DNA of 64,000 bases from Octopus vulgaris (GCA_951406725.2 OX597814.1:14570001-14634000), one strand, 5' to 3'. Numbered from the stretch's first letter, positions 41,900-56,739 are shown. Numbers and translations are program-made. The notes: generated from the sequence alone by a model not told the origin.

Positions 41900-42600
41900 G
41901 CTATATATACACTGGAAGCGTGGTGTTGGTATTACATAATGATGCATAATATTATGTTATACAAAATGGATGGTGTGAATATGCATTAGAGAAAAGCGAT
42001 AAATTTTCAAATGTATATCCTAACATCACCCATTAGTCTGATTTTTATGTAAATGATGACACCGACATTGCAACGAAAATATAGGTCTCATAGACAGAGG
42101 GAAGAAGAGTGAGCACACACCACTGTACAAGTTAAATGGTCTGATCGAACCATGTATAATGCTGTTATTTGAGAAATGCTGAACGATGCATTGTTGAATA
42201 GAAGAGACTTTGTGCTATTTAACCATCATTGTTACATGATACAGTTAATGCTATCCTGTAGACGTTGTGGGATTTATCAAATTTCGTAAGATTTAAAATA
42301 GATGGGAAGGATGTTGAAATCCTTGTATATATAATCTTGTATGTGTTTGATACATAAATATCAAATATTAAACATCATTTAATTTGTTCCATTGGTCGTC
42401 AGCAGTTCCTGCTTGTTTGTAGATGGAAATATGTGAAATAAATTCTGAAATCCACAATTATGTAGATCAGTATATTCAACCCGGCCAGCACGATGAAACT
42501 CCTTGAAATCTTAAGGGTGAGTTTAATGGTACAAAATATATGAGAAATCAGAGTAGATCATGTATAAAAAAAGTTTGCAGGAACATGGATGTATAAAACA
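41900..42600 (+). mobile_element. Possible very old LINE (RTE-like) RT relic
   Basis: Faint motifs SDFYVNDDT (cf. YADD) and FKIDGKDVEIL; otherwise degraded. Confidence 0.3.
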
Positions 42601-43976
42601 GGCATGGCTCTAGGTTAGATATTCTTCTAATCAGACGAGACTTACATACACAAATCTCTTGAAGCACAGTCTGCAAACTCCAATAAAATTACAAGCTAGT
42701 TATTAGTTGAGAATATTTAAATCTGTGTAGAGGTTAGGTGTTAATTTGATTCTTAACGTAATACTATTACGTGATAACAAACATATTCAGGAATGATAAT
42801 CAAGTATCAATTAAAACACTTTAACTGCTGAGAATGAAATCAAAGTCATTGATTTTGAATATCTCTTTCATTATTTTATCAGTCATTTTATTTGAACCTA
42901 ATTTGTTTTATGCTATTAATAAATCAATTAACATCTACCTAGCAACATTACTGCATCATACAACCATAGATGTTCAATGGCACGACGTTAATCAGTTGTG
43001 CATATAATCAAAACTTATAAAGTTTTTTCTCTCTCTCTCTCTCTCTCTCACGGACGCTGGAATACACTTTTATTCATTATACTTGAAAAGGGTTAAGGTA
43101 TCCATCCCTTTCTACCTACGCAGCCTTTATTCCTGCGCCATTTTTTACATCATGAAAATTCAAATTCCTGGAAGCTATTACATCGATCAATTGACACGTA
43201 TCTGATCATTTTTCCCCATATCGTTTTCCCCAACTCCTCAGGTATACAGATTATATGTAACTGCATAGCCACTAGTGAATATAGCTACTATGCTATATTC
43301 AAGAAATTCGCATATTGATCTGTAACTGTTGTATAACTTTTCACTATATATTTCCTATATGGTCTCTTGACTTATACACAGCATCACATTTATTTCACAA
43401 TGTCTACCTCATTATACTTTCCTATACATATGGGTGTGTGCGTGCAGGTACTTGTGTTTCTGTAAAGTGTATCTGTGCGTAGATGTGTGTCTGCATACAT
43501 TTCAATGTTTATGTATTTAAACATATATGTAGATATGCATATATATGAAGGCATATGAGCATGCTAAGGACTCTTTTTAAGCACCCTACATGTATTTATA
43601 TCCATCTTTGGTTTACGTTGCTGAGGAACAAAAAGAGAATGTTTACTCCATTGCAGTTCGTAGATCAATGGCGTAATATTCAGAATAATAATTAATGAAG
43701 CTTTATCTTAGAATAAATGGGATAATATATACTAATGGCTACTACAATATATACTACAGTATATACTAATGACTTATTTTTTGTTAGTGGAATTCTTTGC
43801 GCCATAATTTACGTTGATATACGCACACATACGCAGACACATATAGATATTGTAAGTGTGTGTGTGTGTGTGTGTGTGCATGTGTGTGTGTGTGTGTCTG
43901 TGTCTGTGTGTATGCATATATGTAATTGAAAAAATTAGAGATTTATAAAAATCAAATTTTTATATATAAAAAATGG

Positions 43977-44355
43977 AGGTGGAAATAGCACAGTTGTAGA
44001 TCTAAGACATTTCAATTTAAAAAGGAATTTAATAAAATTGCTTAAAAATTATATGAAAAAGATATTACCGGTTTGATGATGAATCTCGTCCTATCAAATA
44101 TCAGTAAAATCTTATGAAAATTTGAAGTAAAAACAGTTTATCTTCTGTCTGGAGATCAAAAACATGTTTTTGACCCCCAGACAGAAGATTTTACTTCAAA
44201 TTTTTACTTCAAATGCTCATAAATTTTTACTGATATTTGATAAGATAAGACTCACCATCGAAACCGGTAATATTTTCTTTATATAATTTTTAACTAATTT
44301 TATTAAATTCATTTTTAAATTGAAAATTCTTAGATCTACTTCTGTGCTATTTCCA

Positions 44356-44358
<3 letters not shown>
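43977..44358. repeat. ~380-bp near-palindrome centred on AAAACATGTTTT (~44165); each arm has a decayed hammerhead-like motif
   Basis: AGGTGGAAATAGCACAG vs CTGTGCTATTTCCACCT; ATCTTCTGTCTGG vs CCAGACAGAAGAT. Confidence 0.92.
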
Positions 44359-44432
<74 letters not shown>

Positions 44433-44665
44433 TTATATTTATATAGAGAGAGAAAGAGTGAGAGAGAGATTATATATCTACATGTGTGTGTGTAAGTATG
44501 TATGTACGTGTGTATGTATATATGTATGTGTGTATGTATGCCTGTATGTATGTATGTATGTATGTATGCATGCATGTATGTATGCATGTATGTATGTATG
44601 TATGCATGTATGTATGTATGTATGTATGTATGTATGTATGCATGCATGTATCTATGTATGTATAT
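44359..44665. repeat. (TA)n/(GA)n/(TATG)n microsatellite
   Basis: Simple repeats visible. Confidence 0.9.
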
Positions 44666-46281
44666 GTCACAGGTGTGTGAAGAAAGATTTCCAGATAATG
44701 GACACGAGATAATATAAGAATAATAATAAACGGGTGAAGAGCGAATATATAGTGCGTATGTTTATTTGGCAAGTAAAAAATGACCCTCCCTAAATATAAC
44801 AATACCTGTTTCAGCACACGATTTCACATCAGAAATCTTACAAAACAAATTCATAAGTCGTACGGATGTTGCATGTCATATTGCTCGCTGCTAATGAGAA
44901 CGCAACTTACTCGGGTTTGTTCGGGTCTTTTGAATTTTCCTTCTCTGCTCTTCAGTTTTTGTGGTATTTGCCGTTTCTATGGGATTCTTTCGTCTGCTAC
45001 TACTTCCTATGTTACATTTCATTTGATATTAACTACTTTCATGTCAAGCTATGCACATGTTTGTATTGCATATGGGAGTGATCATTGCCATTCGTGCAAG
45101 ATGCTTGTTAATTCTGTAATGCCAGATTATACAGTTTTAATCTATGTCACCCATTTACAAACCATCAACGTTATCTGTTGCACAAGTAAACAAACGTGGC
45201 TGGAATGCATAGCATAGAAATTCGGTGCTACTGCTACTATTTGGCAATTTTACCCAAAGGATTCTGTACAGACACCTCATGCAATGAGTGAAATACATGT
45301 TCTTATAAAACAAATGTCTCCACAAATTGCTGAAAAAAAGATCATATACGCACCAAAATTACTAGACACTCTGTTGAGTTTCTTCCATTTTGAGATTATA
45401 GCTGCTTTGCTGATATGCTTCTTGAGATCTGCATGTAAAGAATTGTAACAGTGGATCTAACATATTGAAATTCATGCCCTACTTCTATATTTTTTACTTC
45501 TGGTCTTCATGCAGCAGCGTTACAATCTATAACATGCTGCTTTGAAGATACCAATGTCTTGAAGACACCTGTGTTGAAGATACCTATATATTGCATCTTC
45601 TTGATGTTTTTCTTGAGGCTGATTATCAAACAAAATCGCTCACAAGTTCCATGGCGTTTTACGAGGTAACTTAAGCTGAGAGAGATTGCCGTATAATATA
45701 TAAACAGCATGTTGCACCATAGCTTTTCTTAGCTTTATTCTAGCTATGATAATTCAATCTTAGTATGATTAACAATTGGCCTTCAGATTTTTAGTGCAGG
45801 TAGACACTATAAGTAATGAATTTATATATGTGTTTCAGTTTACGTCTATCTGTGTGTCTCATTATTTGTGCATATATTCATTGCAGTGCTGAATTGCATC
45901 CTTTATGCCACATGCGGTAACATAGCTTTTCGATAATTATTGGACCGTGGTTCACTATTGAGGGCACTACCTCTCATGGCCAGGGCTCAGTAACTGAAAC
46001 TAATAAAGTGAGAGCGTGTTTTAGTTTGTGTGAGTGGATTCGTGACCGTCTCAAGTTTTTTGTTCGGCAGACATCGTGCAGAAATATTTCGAATAGAATA
46101 TACCCTTTCTCAGGTGGTAGACTTACACTGTCGACATATCACTCAAAATAACATCACGTATTGGGCTATGAGAAAGAATTTGAACAACGTGTATGGTTTT
46201 GAAGCTTAATCATCAGCCTTTATTGATTGCTTTCCTTCAACTGTCGTGGATAACCTACAGTAATATAATTAGTGATGAATT

Positions 46282-46600
46282 GAGGGCGCGTGGCTTAGTG
46301 GTTAGGGCATTCGGCTCATGATCGTAAGGTTGTGAGTTCGATTCCCGGCGACGCGTTGTGTCCTTGAGCAAGACACTTTATTTCACGTTGCTCCAGTCCA
46401 CTCAGCTGGCAAAAATGAGTTGTACTTGTATTTCAAAGGGTCAGCCTTGTCACTCTCTGTGTCACGCTGATTATCCCCGAGAACTACGTTAAGGGTACAC
46501 GTGTCTGTGGAATGCTCTGCCATTTGCACGTTAATTTCACGAGCAAGCTGTTCCGTTGATCGTATCAGCTGGGACCCTCGTCGTCGTAACCGGCGGAGTC
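46282..46600 (+). mobile_element. SINE family C1: tRNA head + CORE-like block + shared 3' tail; 13-bp TSD
   Basis: GGGCGCGTGGCTTAGTGGTTAGG...GAGTTCGATTCCC, TGTCCTTGAGCAAGACACTT; TSD TAATTAGTGATGA at 46266-46278 and 46603-46615. Confidence 0.92.
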
Positions 46601-47189
46601 TTTAATTAGTGATGACATTCCACTTCTGACTAAAACAGAGCAAATGCATACAATCATTATAAATGCATATATAACATATGTATACATATATGTGTTTATG
46701 TATCCGTGTGTGTGTGCATAACAATTCATATGCGCCCTATTGTCAATCCCTTTCGCAGTTCGTTTGATGTACCGCATCCACCTACCTAATGTTAATCTGT
46801 CTAATGAACCAGTTGCACCCCAGGGAAACTCGAGCGTATTATGCTACTGGACAGGCTTGGCCTAATATATGCATATATATGTATTTATGTGTATATATGT
46901 ATATATATATATGTGTGTGTGTGTGTATGTACGTATACACATATATATATAGACATGCATTCAAATATACGTACATGCCTATATGTTTATATATATATAT
47001 ATATATATATATATTCTCCTTAAATTCTCCTTCACGTAATCCAAAAGAGGTCTTCTTTTCTGTTGTATTATTATTTAGGGTTGCAGTAAATTCTGCCACA
47101 TACATATTAATGTCATGTTTGTGGAGTTATATTAATTTTTAGAAAGAATTACTTTCAACATTTCCTTACATATATACATACATACATGG

Positions 47190-47316
47190 CACTTCGTCGT
47201 GAAATCAGCGTCCAAGTGGCTGAGCACTCCACATACACTCGTACCCTTAACGCGTAGCCTTGCTCAAGGACAAACCGCGTCGCCAGGGATTGAACCACTA
47301 AGCCACGCACCTTCAC
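47190..47316 (-). mobile_element. Internally deleted SINE C1 copy
   Basis: AAGTGGCTGAGCACTCCAC...GTACCCTTAACG joined to CTTGCTCAAGGACA...AACCACTAAGCCACGC. Confidence 0.8.
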
Positions 47317-47485
47317 CTATATATATACAAGTGCGTTTCTGTGTGTATGTATGAGTGTGTGTACAAACAGACACCGATAAACATGCATATAAACAAACAT
47401 GATGCAGAGTAGACGACCAATAATCACAGAGATGACGAAGGACAGACGCGTGCGCACGCACACAGACATAAAGATGAATAATGCT

Positions 47486-47566
<81 letters not shown>

Positions 47567-47571
47567 GTAGG

Positions 47572-47633
<62 letters not shown>

Positions 47634-47676
47634 TAGATAGATAGATAGATAGATATATATATAGATAGATAGATAT

Positions 47677-47773
<97 letters not shown>

Positions 47774-47782
47774 CAGACAGAC
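47486..47782. repeat. (GATA)n microsatellite
   Basis: ~300-bp GATA run. Confidence 0.95.
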
Positions 47783-48192
47783 AAATAGTGGCTTCAGTGT
47801 TTGCATGACCAAGTAATTATATTAGTTGTACCGCATCATCTCAGATCAAATAACTTTTCACAAATGTACAACCTAAGATTAGTATTTACAAAGTTTTTCA
47901 CAGAAGAAAATTAAACATTACAAAGTTTGGTGGATAGCATTTGTGATTTTTAAACCTTATATCACTATTCAGTCTCTCTGTGCTTTGTGTATAAATCGAT
48001 ATTATTTAGATTCTCTATAGGTTCCATGTATAAGTCAATGCTACACACAGTGGTACTAGACAACCATTATAGCAATGGTTCTCATGTTTTATTGTTATTG
48101 ATCCAGGCTAGCACGATAGCGTTAGAAATAAATAACCAAGCCAAATCTATTGACTGAAGCTAAGGAAACCCCACTCAAGAGAAATCTATCCT

Positions 48193-48323
<131 letters not shown>

Positions 48324-50129
48324 TATTTTCTCGGTTACATAAGAAACGTCGAGTGGTATGTAAATACTCATGTTAAGATTTTCTTATTAGCCATAACTTG
48401 CTGCGAAGAATGGCGAAAAGAAATACATACTTCAAATGGGGTGTTCACTTAACATATTCCTTTTTCCGATTGTTGCTATATTATTTATCGATAAGAGAAA
48501 GAGAACATACTTAATGTTTTGTTGGTGGATGCTGGAAATAAGAAACGAAATGTTAGGTGAGCAAACATGTAATATTAATGAGATCCATTCATTTATTTAT
48601 TATGTATTTAGTTGTTTAACTTTTGTGGGTCGGTGGAGCAGTGGCAGTAGTCATGTCTTTTACAAGCCCTTATTATAAAACATATTCCCAGTCTGAGTAA
48701 GTACTTGCAGGATAAACATAAGGGGGCAATCACTGAATTCTTATCTAAATACTTATAGCAGTACGCATACTGACCTTGGGCTTCTTTGCAAGTACCGTGT
48801 CTCGAAAATTCTTAAATAGCAGTAATACAAAGCTAAGAGAAACATCGCACCTACACACAAGTCTGAATAGTTACTAAGTCCGCACTTTCCACTTAGCAGC
48901 AAATAGGAAAACAAAAATAAGTCACAACTGAATTCATCCGGAACAAACCCCTGCTAATTTCGTACCACTCACCAACATAACTGATATGAAAATGCTATCA
49001 ATGGTGAATATAAAAATTTCTCTAGCATCTAAAATATTTTAATGTAGGGTGATATTTAAGCTTTTTTTTTTCTTTGCGTGTGTATTACCTACCAAAGTGA
49101 AGTGAACATGCTCCAGGTGTAAAGTGAAACCTACATCAAGGATCACACTTGTGAAAAGCTTTACATAATTATCTTTCTTTCTAGAGGTGCCGGCTTTGCA
49201 GTATGTTTGAGTGTCGGATGAACTGCTTTGTGATATCTGTTCTGGCTCCGGCTTCCTATATTCGGATTTCATATCCCGAAGTTTTCAACTTTGCTTTCCA
49301 CCATTACACTATTGTTAAATGAAGTAGCACTCCCTTCTCTTCCATCACACACTCTCTTCTCCCGATCACACTCTTCTCCCTTCAGTTCTATCTTCACATA
49401 TTCTTTTACCCCTCCTCTCTCTCTGTTTCTCACTCGCTCTCTCTCTCTCACACACACACACTCTCCCTCTCTCTCTCTCTCTCTCCCTGTGAATTGGTTA
49501 CGTTGCGTCATGAAGAAAATCTTAGCGTTCATAGTGTTCTTTTCTCCATAAAGGAAGAAATATTGATTGTGGTGTTACAATCTCTTCTCAAAGTTTTATG
49601 TAACACTGACAGAACAAATTGATCTATAATAAAACACGAAGTGGTAATAAGGATAAATATATTTCGCGATATATCTGTAACTAGTGAGGGAAGTGAAGCA
49701 TATATATTAAGGATTTGAAAACTGACCACATAGTTTCCTTGCCAACACCTGTAGTACACACAATGCTCGGCAAGGCGAACTGGCCCTATACTGGTTATAT
49801 ATCTGAAGGGTAACACTTATTACATCTCTGGAGGGTAACACATATTGACTCCAGTACTTATCTAATAAAAGCATAAAAAAATCAATTACCCTGGCTAAGT
49901 TGTTGAGTCTGTAAGAGTTAAGGCTGAAATAGGACATGCTGTTTATCTGCTCACCCTCAACCTGTGAATGAGTGATTTAATGCGTTTATCTTACAAATAT
50001 AGCTCATTTTTTTAGTAAGAAGGAACGTACCAGGTATAATGATTTTGCGTTAGCTTGAGTATGGATTCAAAATCCTCATGTGTAAAAAATGTTAAACATT
50101 AGCTAAGTCGCTGATCTGCTTCAAGTGTG

Positions 50130-50506
50130 GAAGCACTCCGTCGGTTACGACGACGAGGGTTCCGGTTGATCCGATCAACGGACAGCCTGCTCGTGAAATT
50201 AACGTGTAAGTGGCTGAGCACTCCACAGTCACGTGTACCCTTAACGTAGTTCTCGGGGATATTCAGCGTGACACAGAGAATGACAAGGCCGGCCCTTTGA
50301 AATACAGGTACAACAGAAACAGGAAGTAAGAGAGAAAGTTGTGGTGAAGGAGTACAGCAGGGATCACCACCATCCCTTGCCGGAGCCTCGTAGAGCTTTA
50401 GGTGTTTTCGCTCAATAAACACTCACAACGCCCGGTCTGGGAATCGAACCCGCGATCCTACGACCGCGAGTCCGCTTCCCTAACCACTGGGCCATTGCGC
50501 CTCCAC
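50130..50506 (-). mobile_element. SINE family C2 (tRNA-Arg-like head, distinct body, tail shared with C1)
   Basis: Minus head GTGGAGGCGCAATGGCCCAGTGGTTAGG...GGTTCGATTCCC; flanking TCTGCTTCAAG/TCTGCCTCAAG TSD; near identical to 52172-52556. Confidence 0.92.
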
Positions 50507-52171
50507 TTCTCTGCCTCAAGAAACAATACATAAAAGATAACAGGCTTAAACACGCTTAAACTGCTACATGCAAGGAATTAAAGCAAGAAATTAATATATA
50601 GATTTATTTGTATACTGCATGATTCCATTGCACCAATTACTGAGTACTGATGTTTGATATCGTAAATTCTTGGGGAAACGGTGGCGTTTGTAAATTTGAT
50701 TTTCTTTGCGTCATACTACTTGTCAGACTAACTCGTATCTTATTTATAGACTACACCCATCTTTTTCGATTCAATAGGTGGTAAGTAATTTACGCTTCTT
50801 GATGGATATCATTTTAGTATGATGCGCATTTATTTTTAGTTGATTTCTGGACGTTTATCTAATAAGACTATCCTATCAGAAATTAGATAAATATGTGGAA
50901 AAAAGTAAGAAAAGAAATCTCTTAACATTATCTATGAAGAAGGCGGTAATGTGGGGAAGAAAACAGCTGTGAATATCATTTTGCTTCTAAACAAATGTCT
51001 ATCCAAATTGTTAATATCAGTGAATTTTTCGTTTTGTTTATGTTCTTTATTTTTTTTTTTTTTTTGCTTTTCTTAAGCTCTTAAAATTGTCTCAGTATCG
51101 TTGCAACAGTATTGTGTAGCAACAGTTTCTCTGTGTGTCGAGCGGTTGGCGAGAAAACGGCCAACTTCAAGTTTACTGGATGAAGAGGTGTGTGAGAATT
51201 AGCAGGATTAAAAATAAAGCTTGTCAAAGGGCGATAGAGCACAGGTAGCGAAGGAAAATAGCTAAGCAACCCTGGAGAGTAGGTAGGCGCCACTATTTTA
51301 TCTGCCTATTGAAACACAGCGGATGAGGCTACAAAAGTAAGTTGCACCTCTCGCTGTGTGCACACTACTTCTCTAGGTTCTGGTTTTTGATTAATTGGTC
51401 GAGTTCATGACCTTCTGTTTTAATTTCATTTTGTTACCTTTTCAAAAGCCATCGGAGAAGAATCGTTTAAACCCCAACTGATATATCACACCAACTGTAC
51501 ATTTCGGGTTTAACAAAAAATCTGAATCTTGAGAAAACAGTATAGTAATTCTTTTTTCTTTTATTTTTACGTCAGTAGAATGGAAACAGCACCGCATTAA
51601 ACAAATCGATTATTTAATTTTGCACAAATACGTTTCTATTAACTACTCCTCTTCATATTACAGAAAAATTTGGTTATTTTAAATAAATACCAGACGGGTG
51701 ATTCAAATTAAAATATAATCACTATATCTTGTATATCAGCGCTAATAATTTTATCGATAGATGATGGATGATAATAAATAGGTGTCTGCCAGCTTTATTA
51801 CTCAATTTTAGTTCTCATCAACCATGATTAAACAGACCTATCATCAAGAGCTTTCAAGTCAAGACCATCCCAGCATTTTAGGGGACATGGCCTTCTTTTG
51901 TGAGACAGTAGGATATGGTTTGAGGTAGATTCGGGTTCTATTTCCAACTGTTCGAGAGACTGCATAGTGATACTGCTTGATTGGAACATAGATGCAAGAA
52001 GGCAGACGATGTTCCCTATCCTGATTCTTTATAATATTTTTATCTTTTAATGGATTATCCAACATTTTATTTGCAATCTGAGGAAGAACACATTTGTATT
52101 TACTTGTCGGTCTACTTGTTTACATTACAATATGTATAATTCAGGATTTGCTTATATCCAGGTGCATATAA

Positions 52172-52556
52172 GGAAGCACTCCGTCGGTTACGACGACGAG
52201 GGTTCCAGTTGATCCGAATCAACGGAACAGCCTGCTCGTGAAATTAACGTGTAAGTGGCTGAGCATTCCACAGACACGTGTACCCTTAACGTAGTTCTCG
52301 GGGATATTCAGCGTGACACAGAGAGTGACAAGGCCGGCCCTTTTGAAATACAGGTACAACAGAAACAGGAAGTAAGAGTGAGAGAAAGTTGTGGTGAAAG
52401 AGTACAGCAGGGATCACCACCATTCCCTGCCGGAGCCTCGTGGAGCTTTAGGTGTTTTCGCTCAATAAACACACACAACGCCCAGTCTAGGAATCGAAAC
52501 CGCGATCCTACGACCGCGAGTCCGCTTCCCTAACCACTGGGCCATTGCGCCTCCAC
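52172..52556 (-). mobile_element. SINE family C2, full length; 13-bp TSD
   Basis: TSD CCAGGTGCATATA at 52158-52170 and 52557-52569. Confidence 0.93.
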
Positions 52557-53099
52557 CCAGGTGCATATATTTCGAGTGTGTTAGGTGTTAGCTGCACACC
52601 CATCGAAAATGGCAATTTCGTTATAAACGTTAACATTACTCATTAATTTAATCACAAATCTTAATGGGAATCTTTTGTTATACCCCTGCTTCAAATTTGG
52701 TGGCATTGTGTGGCATCACACCCAAAACAACAACCACCATACGCTAATGCTTATATTTGTGTGAACGTATGAGCGAGTATATGTTTTCTATAAAACGACA
52801 ACTGATGGTCCAAAATCATATGAAGAAAATTATCTAAGAACAGAAAATAAATAGGAAATTAACTACCACATATATTACTAATTAATCATTTTGATATATT
52901 CACTAAAATGATATATGTGATAAGATATATCTATCTCTTAATATGAACGTGTGTAAAAATGAAAAAAAACTTCCATTCTGTATATATGTATGTATGTGTA
53001 TGTGTGTATATATATATATGTGTGTGTGCGTGTGTGTGTGTATGTATGTGTATACAGACAGAGAGAGGGAGATTGATGGCTATACATATACAGATGTGT

Positions 53100-54020
53100 G
53101 GAGGTGTAAAGGTAAGATCCAAAGATCAAGTTGTTGGAAGTTAGTGAGCTTCAAGCAATCCATAGAAGATATAGAATACAACTTTCAGCAGCAATGGTGA
53201 TCTATTGGCGAAGAAGGTGAAATACATCGCAGGCTTTAGGTGCGATATGCTCGTCCTCCTCCACCACTAACGTGAAAATCCAACAAGCGCGAGATATGGC
53301 TCGGGCGAAAAACGATGTGGCATGTTTTCTGCAAATTAGTTATGGGTCTGCGTACGAAATCATCCACCACAAGCTTTGCGTCCGTAAAGTCTATGCGAGA
53401 TGGGTGCTAAGATGGCTGCACAACTGTGTGCAGGTCTTTCAACGCTTACACAATCGGTCCTTTTTTGGAGTGAATAGTGGCAGGAGGTGAATTATGGGTT
53501 CATCGCTTTGAGTCAGAATCCAAAAGGCAGAGTATGGAGTGGAATCACTCAGAATAATCAAAGAAAAATAAATTCAAGACTCAAACTTCCGCTGAAATAG
53601 TGAACCTAACCGTTTTCTGGGGATTAAGAGGGGGCTGTAATGGAAGTCTACCGAGAATGGGTCTACAACCTCCAGCTACAAAGAAATGTTTACCAACAGA
53701 TTTAAACCAGTAATTTGTTCCAAACGCCGAGGTCTATAGTTTTGGCTATTATTGTGCAAAAATGTACGCCTACTTACGGCCGTCCAAACCGTCGAAATCA
53801 CTGAAATCGATGCATAAACTGCAGATATCGCTCCTTCCGATTATTACGTCTTTGGGCCACTTAAATATTCTTTACGAGATCGTGGTTTCGCTAAAGAGAA
53901 CGCAATGCAGAAAGAGATGCATAAATGACTGCGCAACCACCCGAAAACCTTCTCCGATGAAATAAGCTTCGAAGAGTTCCAACCAAGAGCAAGGAGACTA
54001 ATCGCAAAATGATGCAATTC
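53100..54020 (+). mobile_element. Decayed mariner transposase
   Basis: ISYGSAYEIIHHKLCVRKVYARWV (cf. WVPR), WVHRFESESKRQSMEW, KFKTQTSA..VNLTVFW, DIAPSDYYVFGPLK. Confidence 0.85.
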
Positions 54021-54579
54021 CTCAATCCCTACTTTTGTTTTAATATAGTATAGAAACAAGAGTATGTATAATTTTTGACTTACATATACATATATAAATA
54101 ATATATATATATGCATATATACACGCATACATGTACATGCCTACATATATATGTATATATACATGCATATATGAGTACAGGATGTCAAAAAGCGTGAACA
54201 AAATGAGAAACGAGAACATAAAAAGCAAAAGCATGGAAAATGAATTTTTTTTTTAGCAACGAAAGAAACAAATAGTGAAACGAGACAGGGCAACATAAAG
54301 AACATTCCCTTTATTAATTGTCCCCTGTTTTAATTAGTCCGCGTTTCGAAGATAGGGATGGAATTTATAAACACTTAATGCATCGCTACGTGCGTTTCCA
54401 CAAATTTCATGACTTTTAAGATCACATGTCCACATTCCTCGGATGATCAACCATGGGCATCCGGTTGATCATCATTTATTCATTTCTTCGGGTGATATAA
54501 CATTAGTGGTTGAACCATTGAAGCAGGTTTTTCCTATTTTTACCAGTATGGAGATTAAATGGGTTATGTGGGTATTTCT

Positions 54580-55230
54580 ACGTGTATTTGGTGTATTTGA
54601 TGCTTAAGAGCAAAGATTGAAGACTAATTCTATCAGACGAAGAATAAACCACTCAACAGAAAGCTCTAAGTGCCGAGTTTGTGGAGAGACTGGGGAAACT
54701 CAATGCTTATTACCAGTGAATATAACACTTACTCAAAGAGAATATAAGACAGCATAAAACTATAGCAAGAATAGTCCATTCGGCACTTTGCAGGAATATG
54801 GTTCTAATAGAGCATAAAAGGGATACAAACATAAATCCACAGGCATCATTGAAAATTATAACGCAAAGATCCTGTGGTATTTTATAATTCAGTGTAACCA
54901 TAAGACAGAGAAATGGAAACCAGACAAAATGACAAGAAAGCAAATAGCGCTGGATCATAGATATCGCATGTCTAGCTGACTAGGCATGCGATAAAGTCAA
55001 ATAAAATGTAAATAGATGTGACGGGTCACCTTGAAAAGTTAATTAGTTGTAGTCGCTGAAAAGGGTAGCAGTAATAGAATAATTGTCGGAATCTTAAGAA
55101 GACTAAGTAAAAATTTTATGAAATACATTGAACAAACAGGAGCTGCGTTATAGGTGGAGCACTTGCTGAAAACTGCAATGCGTGGAACAGCTTGAATACT
55201 CAGGAGGGTGCTTGAAAAATAAGGCAAGTT
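54580..55230 (+). mobile_element. Decayed R4/Dong-like LINE C-terminus (zinc knuckle + RLE)
   Basis: EQRLKTNSIRRRI...SSKCRVCGETGET, IARIVHSALC, ENYNAKILWYFIIQCNHK..KWKPD, LLKTAMRGTA.ILRRVLE. Confidence 0.8.
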
Positions 55231-55302
55231 ACCTCAGTTCACTGGTTATGAACAGCTGAAACTGTAATACATCCCCAGGGTTAGAAGCTGAGCAAATAAA
55301 AT

Positions 55303-55333
55303 AGATGATGATGATGATGATGATGATGATGAC

Positions 55334-55412
<79 letters not shown>
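55303..55412. repeat. (GAT)n/(GAC)n microsatellite
   Basis: Simple repeat. Confidence 0.95.
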
Positions 55413-55414
<2 letters not shown>

Positions 55415-56183
55415 TCCTCTGCTTTATATGCCACAATGACTGAGAGGGATGCGGATATTACAAAGAAACTTTAAACGGGGAATATTACAAAAATACATAG
55501 AGCGGAATGGACAAGCAAAGACTAGAGGAAAGAGGAGGGATGAAGGCGTAGTAAAATATATAATTGGATCAATGGGGATTCACGAATTAGCGTGATAATT
55601 TTCTCTGACAACATGCCGCCAAATGTTCTATCTGCGCTGGCTACCCTGCACTGGCCACCTGCCCACATTGTACCACGAGATTAAGATACAGATGTCATTG
55701 ACATGAATTTTTGTGCACATCTTTCTCAAATTCTGTGAGAGCATCTTACGAGAAAGTGTATTATGTACAGTTTGGGAATACATTTTGCTGCGCCCTCTGT
55801 TTTCAAATGAAATATAGGGTGTCATATACCCTTTCTCTTTCAATAAAGGATATTTCAACTTTAATTCTACCAGGGCTGGTAGTAACTCTCACTTTAATGG
55901 AACAGGTACATGTTGCCTTGGTACACGTAGCGTAGTTACCTCTTTTCGTACTCCTCTGTGAGAGACTGTGTGAGGCTGTTTTAAGTTCGCAATGCTGCCA
56001 GGCTTTTAATCTTTCAGTAAATATTCCACATTGAGAGGGGGTTTTCTTGGTTTGAAAGGACATTTGCAAAGAAAATCATTCCGTTCTTCAAATTTACTTT
56101 TATTATTAAGCGTACTGCTGCTGCTGTTGTTGTTGTTGACATTTCTATGCAATATATTTAAATTCAATATTAAAATACTCCTG

Positions 56184-56390
56184 AAGGCGGTGAGCTGGCA
56201 GAATCATTAGCACGCCGGACAAAAATTCTTAGCGACATTTCGTTCGTTTTTACGTCCCGAGTTCAAATTTCCCCTAGGTCGACTTTACCTCTCATCCTTT
56301 CGAGGTCAATAAAATAATTACCAGTTGATTACTTGGATCGATCTAACCGACTCTTCCGAAATTTCTAACCTTCAGCCAAAATTAGAAAAC
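56184..56390 (+). mobile_element. SINE family B
   Basis: AAGGCGGTGAGCTGGCAGAATC...GAGTTCAAAT...GTCGACTTTACCTCTCATCCTTTCGAGGTCAATAAA. Confidence 0.85.
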
Positions 56391-56739
56391 AATATGAAAA
56401 TCTTAATCTTTTTTATTTTATGCCCGTGGTTACAACTAATATTTTGTGTTGCAATTAAAATAGTGTTATAATTTTGTTTTGTGTGTAAAATGCGTTGTTT
56501 TCTACAATTTTAGTTTTCCCGAGGCGTGAACTGTCAGCTTCTGTTTTTATACTGGTTAAGTACAGTATAACATAAATTCCGTCCCAAAATAGAACTAAAC
56601 TTCATCATTTTTCTATTAAACTCTTAGGAGAGGAATTCAAGCATTAAGAAGTTATATGTACACGAGAATTTCTATTAAAATTTTATTTCATCAAATTAAA
56701 TTTTTTTATGCGGAGAATCAATTGTAAACGCCTAGTTCG

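Noticed and set aside
44780-45217. 145-aa ORF
   Set aside because: Composition typical of non-coding or antisense sequence; no motif recognised.
46282-46355. tRNA gene candidates (also 19587, 50430-50506, 52480-52556)
   Set aside because: A/B boxes present but they run into SINE bodies with TSDs and lack a proper cloverleaf.
54175-54355. Penelope-like end with CGCGTTTCGAAG
   Set aside because: Core elements too degraded and out of order to call a ribozyme.
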